A stretch of DNA of 63,131 bases, counting the filler, from Folioceros fuciformis (taxonomy: Eukaryota), in NCBI GenBank assembly GCA_049999805.1. It is 8 parts of 8 records of this genome, joined end to end, with 100 filler letters (N's around TTAATTAATTAA, not from the genome) between each part and the next. Parts side by side here need not be neighbours in the genome. Positions count along the whole stretch, not along the records: positions 58,957 to 63,131 come from JBNGIO010005154.1; 7 more parts are not named here. The stretch is one strand, 5' to 3'. Below are positions 58,957 to 63,131 of this stretch, piece by piece. The notes under the pieces are model-generated. The model was given only the letters and a program-made list of their open reading frames with translations. It made no database searches and had not been told where the DNA came from. The stretch's first letter is position 1. Each line of letters opens with the position of its first letter. Made by a program: the position numbers and the translations under genes.

Positions 58957-61412
58957 AGAGACAACTCACGGTACCTTACACTCCACAGCAGAATGGAGTA
59001 GCGGAGCGCAAGAACCAAACGCTTCTATCCATGACCAGGAGCATGCTGCTATGGTCTGGACTCCCACAAGGCTTCTGGGCTGAGGCGATTGTGGCAGCAA
59101 CCTATATCTTGAACCGAGTCATCACAAGCTCAGTTCTCGGCCGTACCCCCTACGAGGTATATTGGCAGCGCAAGCCCAGCATTCAGCATCTACGGGTATT
59201 CGGCTCGCCCGCCTTCGCCCACATCCCTGCCCAGAAGCAACGCAAGTTGGATGATAGGGCACAGAAGCTTACTTTCGTGGGCTATAGCGAGAGTTCCAAG
59301 GCCTACAAGCTCTTTGACCCAGGGACGCACAACATCACCCTGGCGCGCACAGTCACCTTCCTGGAGCCAGTCAAGCCAGCTTCAGAGGGAGATGTGTCGA
59401 TCAACAGCCCTGTGGCAGGCGACCCCGACACTGTGTGCGCGTACCCCACCGAAGACGGTGATCAAGGCTACATGGACAACCCCGACGATGGCCCTGTCCC
59501 TGAGGACAATGAGTCATCCGCCCCTGGCGTACCTCCTGAAGACCCTAATGGTACCCTTCCCGTTGTTCAGCCCCATATTGATGATGATGCTAATGACCTT
59601 GGCCAGGAATCGCCACCGGCTGCCCCACAGGTGCTCCCTCCTGTGGAGCCCGTGTTGGCTGATGACGAGACTATGCCGACTGTTCTGGCCCCCAATCCCG
59701 GCCCTCGTCGCAGCACACGGCATCAAGCGCCACCATCTCAGTGGGCAGAGCCACCCTACCAGTCCGTTGACGTCAGGACAGCCTTCAGCTCCCTATCCGC
59801 GGCCTTATCTCCAGTGGCCCTTCTAGAGGAACCAACCACTCTTTCCCAAGCCCTCGCAGGACCTGAGTCCTCGCAGTGGCGGATCGTAGTGGAGGATGAG
59901 TACCAAAGTCTGCTTCAAAACAAGACTTGGGAACTCGTCAACCCGCCCCCTGGAAGGAAGCCCATTTCCTGCAAGTGGATGTTCAAGCTTAAGCTTAACG
60001 CCCAAGGACAGGTGGCTCGTTTCAAGGCCCGGCTGGTGGCCCAAGGATTCTCCCAGGTTGAAGGCCTGGACTACCAAGAGACTTTCTCCCCGGTGGTATG
60101 TGCACAATCCATACGGATTATGCTTGCCCTCGCAGCTGAGCTAGATCTGGAGCTCCATCAAATGGACGTCAAGACTGCCTATCTCTACGGCACCTTGGAC
60201 GAGGAGCTCTACATGGATCAACCGGAGGGCTATGTCAGCAAGGAGTTCCCCCACAAGGTGCTCAGGCTAAGGAAGTGCATATATGGCCTCAAGCAGAGCG
60301 GGCGAGTGTGGTATACTACTATGCACATCTACCTACTCAGCATTTCCTTCGTCCAGAGCGCGGCCGACGGCAATGTCTACACCCTGACTCAAGGCCCCAT
60401 TTCGTCATCCTTGCCTTGTATGTGGATGACCTCATCCTTTCCGCTAACAACCTGGACTTGCTAGCAGAGGTCAAACAAATCTTGAGCTCCCGTTTTGAGA
60501 TGAAGGATATTGGGGAGCTTCAATTCTGCCTTGGAATTCAGATTTTGAGGAATAGAACTGAAAGGAAACTGGTCATCCATCAGTACAAGTACATCAACGA
60601 GATACTACGGAAGTTTAAATTGGATCAAGTCAGGCCCGTCACCACACCCTATGCTGTGGGCGTAAGACTCACTGCTGAGCAGTGTCCTCAGACTGAAGAG
60701 GAGAGCAAGGACATGCATGGGATCCCTTATCGCCATGCTGTAGGAAGCCTTCTCTTCGTCAGTGGCTGGACCAGGCCCAACATCCATTATTCCGTCTCCA
60801 CAGTATCCCAGTTCCTGGAGAACCCTGGCACATTGGGCTGCAGTCAAGAGAGTATTTCGTTACCTGAAGGGCACCTTGACTTATGGGCTGATGTACCAGA
60901 GTGGAGGGACCGGCAGGTTTCTTCTCAGTGGCTACATAGACTCAGACTAGGCATCCGATCCAGACTCAAGGAAGAGCTTGAGTGCCCATTGTTTCCTGCT
61001 ATCTTCAGCCACTGTGAATTGGAGTTGCAAGAAGCAGACCTCCATAGCCCTCTCTTCAACAGAGGCAGAATACAAGTCGCTCACCAACGCCTCTAAAGAA
61101 GCCGAGTGGGAGCGAGCCTTCCTAGCCGACATCGGCCAGAGACAAGACCAGTCGATGGCCCTCTACTGCGACAACACGTCAGCTCTGGCCCTGATATCAA
61201 ATCCCAAGTTCCACGCCAGGACGAAGCACATAGAGATCCAACATCACTACATTCGGGACATGGTTGAGCGCAAGGTGGTGGAAGCCAGCTACGTACCAAC
61301 CGGGGACAACTTGGCAGGCATTCTGACAAAGGGTCTGCCCTAGCTCCGGCACTACCAACATATGCAAAGTATAGGGATAGTCGACTTTGCTCCCTACCTC
61401 ACCAACAGCTGA
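58957..61412 (+). pseudogene. Copia element H: IN-RT-RNase H remnant
   Basis: PQQNGVAERKN, RFKARLVAQG, LYVDD, STEAEY; frameshifts and TAG stops. Confidence 0.95.
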
Positions 61413-61441
61413 AGACCGGAAGTTGCTCCCTCGGCACAACT

Positions 61442-63131
61442 ATGAGGTTAGGGTCTCAAAGTCGGGCAGACCTCTCTGAGGATTCAGATACTGGATCCAT
61501 GGAGGGAGGAGCACCTTACAAGCACGAGAGATTCTCTGGGAGACCAGGGACACAGACTTTGCGGGATTTCAGACTCCACCTCAATGCTGTCATCAGTCGG
61601 GTAAAATTCAAGCATGCTGGAGCTTACAACCATTTGTATATGTTCGAGCAGCTTTCAAGTTATCTAACAGATGAAGCTCTAGACCTTTATGAGCTGCAAT
61701 AGGTTGAGCTCACAGCCATGGTGTCCACTCCTAATCCAAAGTTCCAGGAGGCTCTTCAGCTATCTTACAACGTCAAGTTGGCTACAGCCATTCAGGGCCA
61801 TCAGCAGGCCATTGTTGCAACCACGGTGGCACCAACAGTGCCACCCCCAACGGTCGTGACTCTTACACCAGATGAAAGGATAGCAACCACTGTGGGCATA
61901 CCCGATGAGCTACAGGTTCCTAAGTATGCCAACCTCGTCGAACAATTCATGGGCATTCTAGAAAAAGTCTTCCCATTCAAGACTCTGGAGAAAATTGCAG
62001 AGAAGGGAGAAACCGTGCAGATGGCGTTCTGTAGATTGTAGAAGCTACGTGAGGGCACAGGGATGCTAATGGACTAGGAGGCAGTAGAGAAATTCCTAAC
62101 AGCCTTGGAAGGAGACCCACTCTTTCACTTTCAGCTCATCACAGCGTTGGTGGATAAATATGGTGATAGGTATACCTTGGAGCAAGTATATGAAGAAGCT
62201 GAACGCAGGGCGATCGCTTTCTCTGCATATGCTTCACGACACTCCAAGGCATTTACTCATTACCAGTCTATGTTCTCCACAAAGGGGTCTACTGCAACAA
62301 GTTCATGGGCCAAGTCACAGTAGGCCAAGCCTGTCAAGGCTGGAGCAGCTGCAGCTACAATTGCTTCTTTGTGCAACTACTGTGGCAGTTCTGAGCATAT
62401 AAGCCCAGCCTGCAAATGCCCATTGGAAGGCTTGTACTGTACACATTGTCACAAGAATGGACATGTGGTCACAGTATGTTCTCAGAAGCATCCAGAGAGA
62501 AGATCTCAGAAAAATGCAAGCAGTGGGACAGGGACTACAGCAGTCGATGCTGGAGGTACAGCTACCACAGAAGCTGGTATTAGTGTTGGGGTCTCACGGA
62601 GCGGACAGCAAAAGGACAAGGCCAAAGCTAAGGCTGCATCCAATGCAGAGAAGGTATCTCCCCTAGAAGCCACTGTTGCAACGTTATCTAGGCGCGCTTA
62701 CAGCCAGTCTCAGTAGTGGAGCAACCTCACCTAAACCAGCCAGTATTGCTGAACTGGTCAGAGACAAGGAGGAGGATTACGGCTCACCACATCAGGTTTG
62801 TGTCGCCAACTGGATGGAGGCTGAGATGACAACTGCTGAGTTGCCACAGACGTGGGTAGGGCAACATTTATACCCACTTGTGTTGGAGACAGTAGTAGGG
62901 CCAGTCACTTGGCAGCGAAGAGTGAGGGCGGTCATGCCCCAATCTTTTGCACCACTGCACTAAGAAGTGCAATCCCAGTCCGAGGGCAAGAGCATTCCAC
63001 ATTGGCAGGAGGGCCACAGACAGTAGACAAGCCTCCACCGCAACCACAAGTGTCAGCCAGTGGGCCAGTCTACTTGATGCCCAAGGCCTTCACTGTGGAA
63101 CAATTATCTGAGAAACTGACTGGCATTCCTC
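61442..63131 (+). pseudogene. Decayed Gypsy-like gag with two CCHC knuckles
   Basis: ERFSGRPG...LSSYLTDEALDLY, CNYCGSSEHISPAC, CTHCHKNGHVVTVC; multiple TAG stops. Confidence 0.7.

Overview
This is land-plant nuclear DNA, possibly a fern or other non-seed plant (weak inference). It consists of 8 contigs joined by artificial 100-bp spacers (N44-TTAATTAATTAA-N44), so adjacency across spacers is meaningless. The window is dominated by one clade of Ty1/copia LTR retrotransposons, labelled A-H here. They share tRNA-iMet primer-binding sites (PBS), LTRs of about 180-265 bp, a Gag motif [F/L]K[E/D][K/R]DRFxGxxYx[I/V]W and a CNWC-type zinc knuckle. One gag-pol ORF is intact (1538 aa), two are nearly intact, and the rest are nested remnants. 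The main observation is extra genes in this clade. A sense ORF ('ORF0', with a coiled-coil-like segment, often Cys motifs) lies between PBS and gag in all five elements with a complete leader, and is clearly homologous between two of them. An antisense ORF lies between pol and the polypurine tract (PPT) in three of the four elements with a complete 3' end, and these show no visible similarity to each other. Also present: an integrase-deleted Tnt1/Tork-like element with solo LTRs, very long GC-rich LTR-like units, a decayed Gypsy-like gag, a PPR remnant, several tandem repeats, and a 7-exon catalytic-domain-only MTHFR with altered cofactor motifs. Everything was read by eye; no searches were run.
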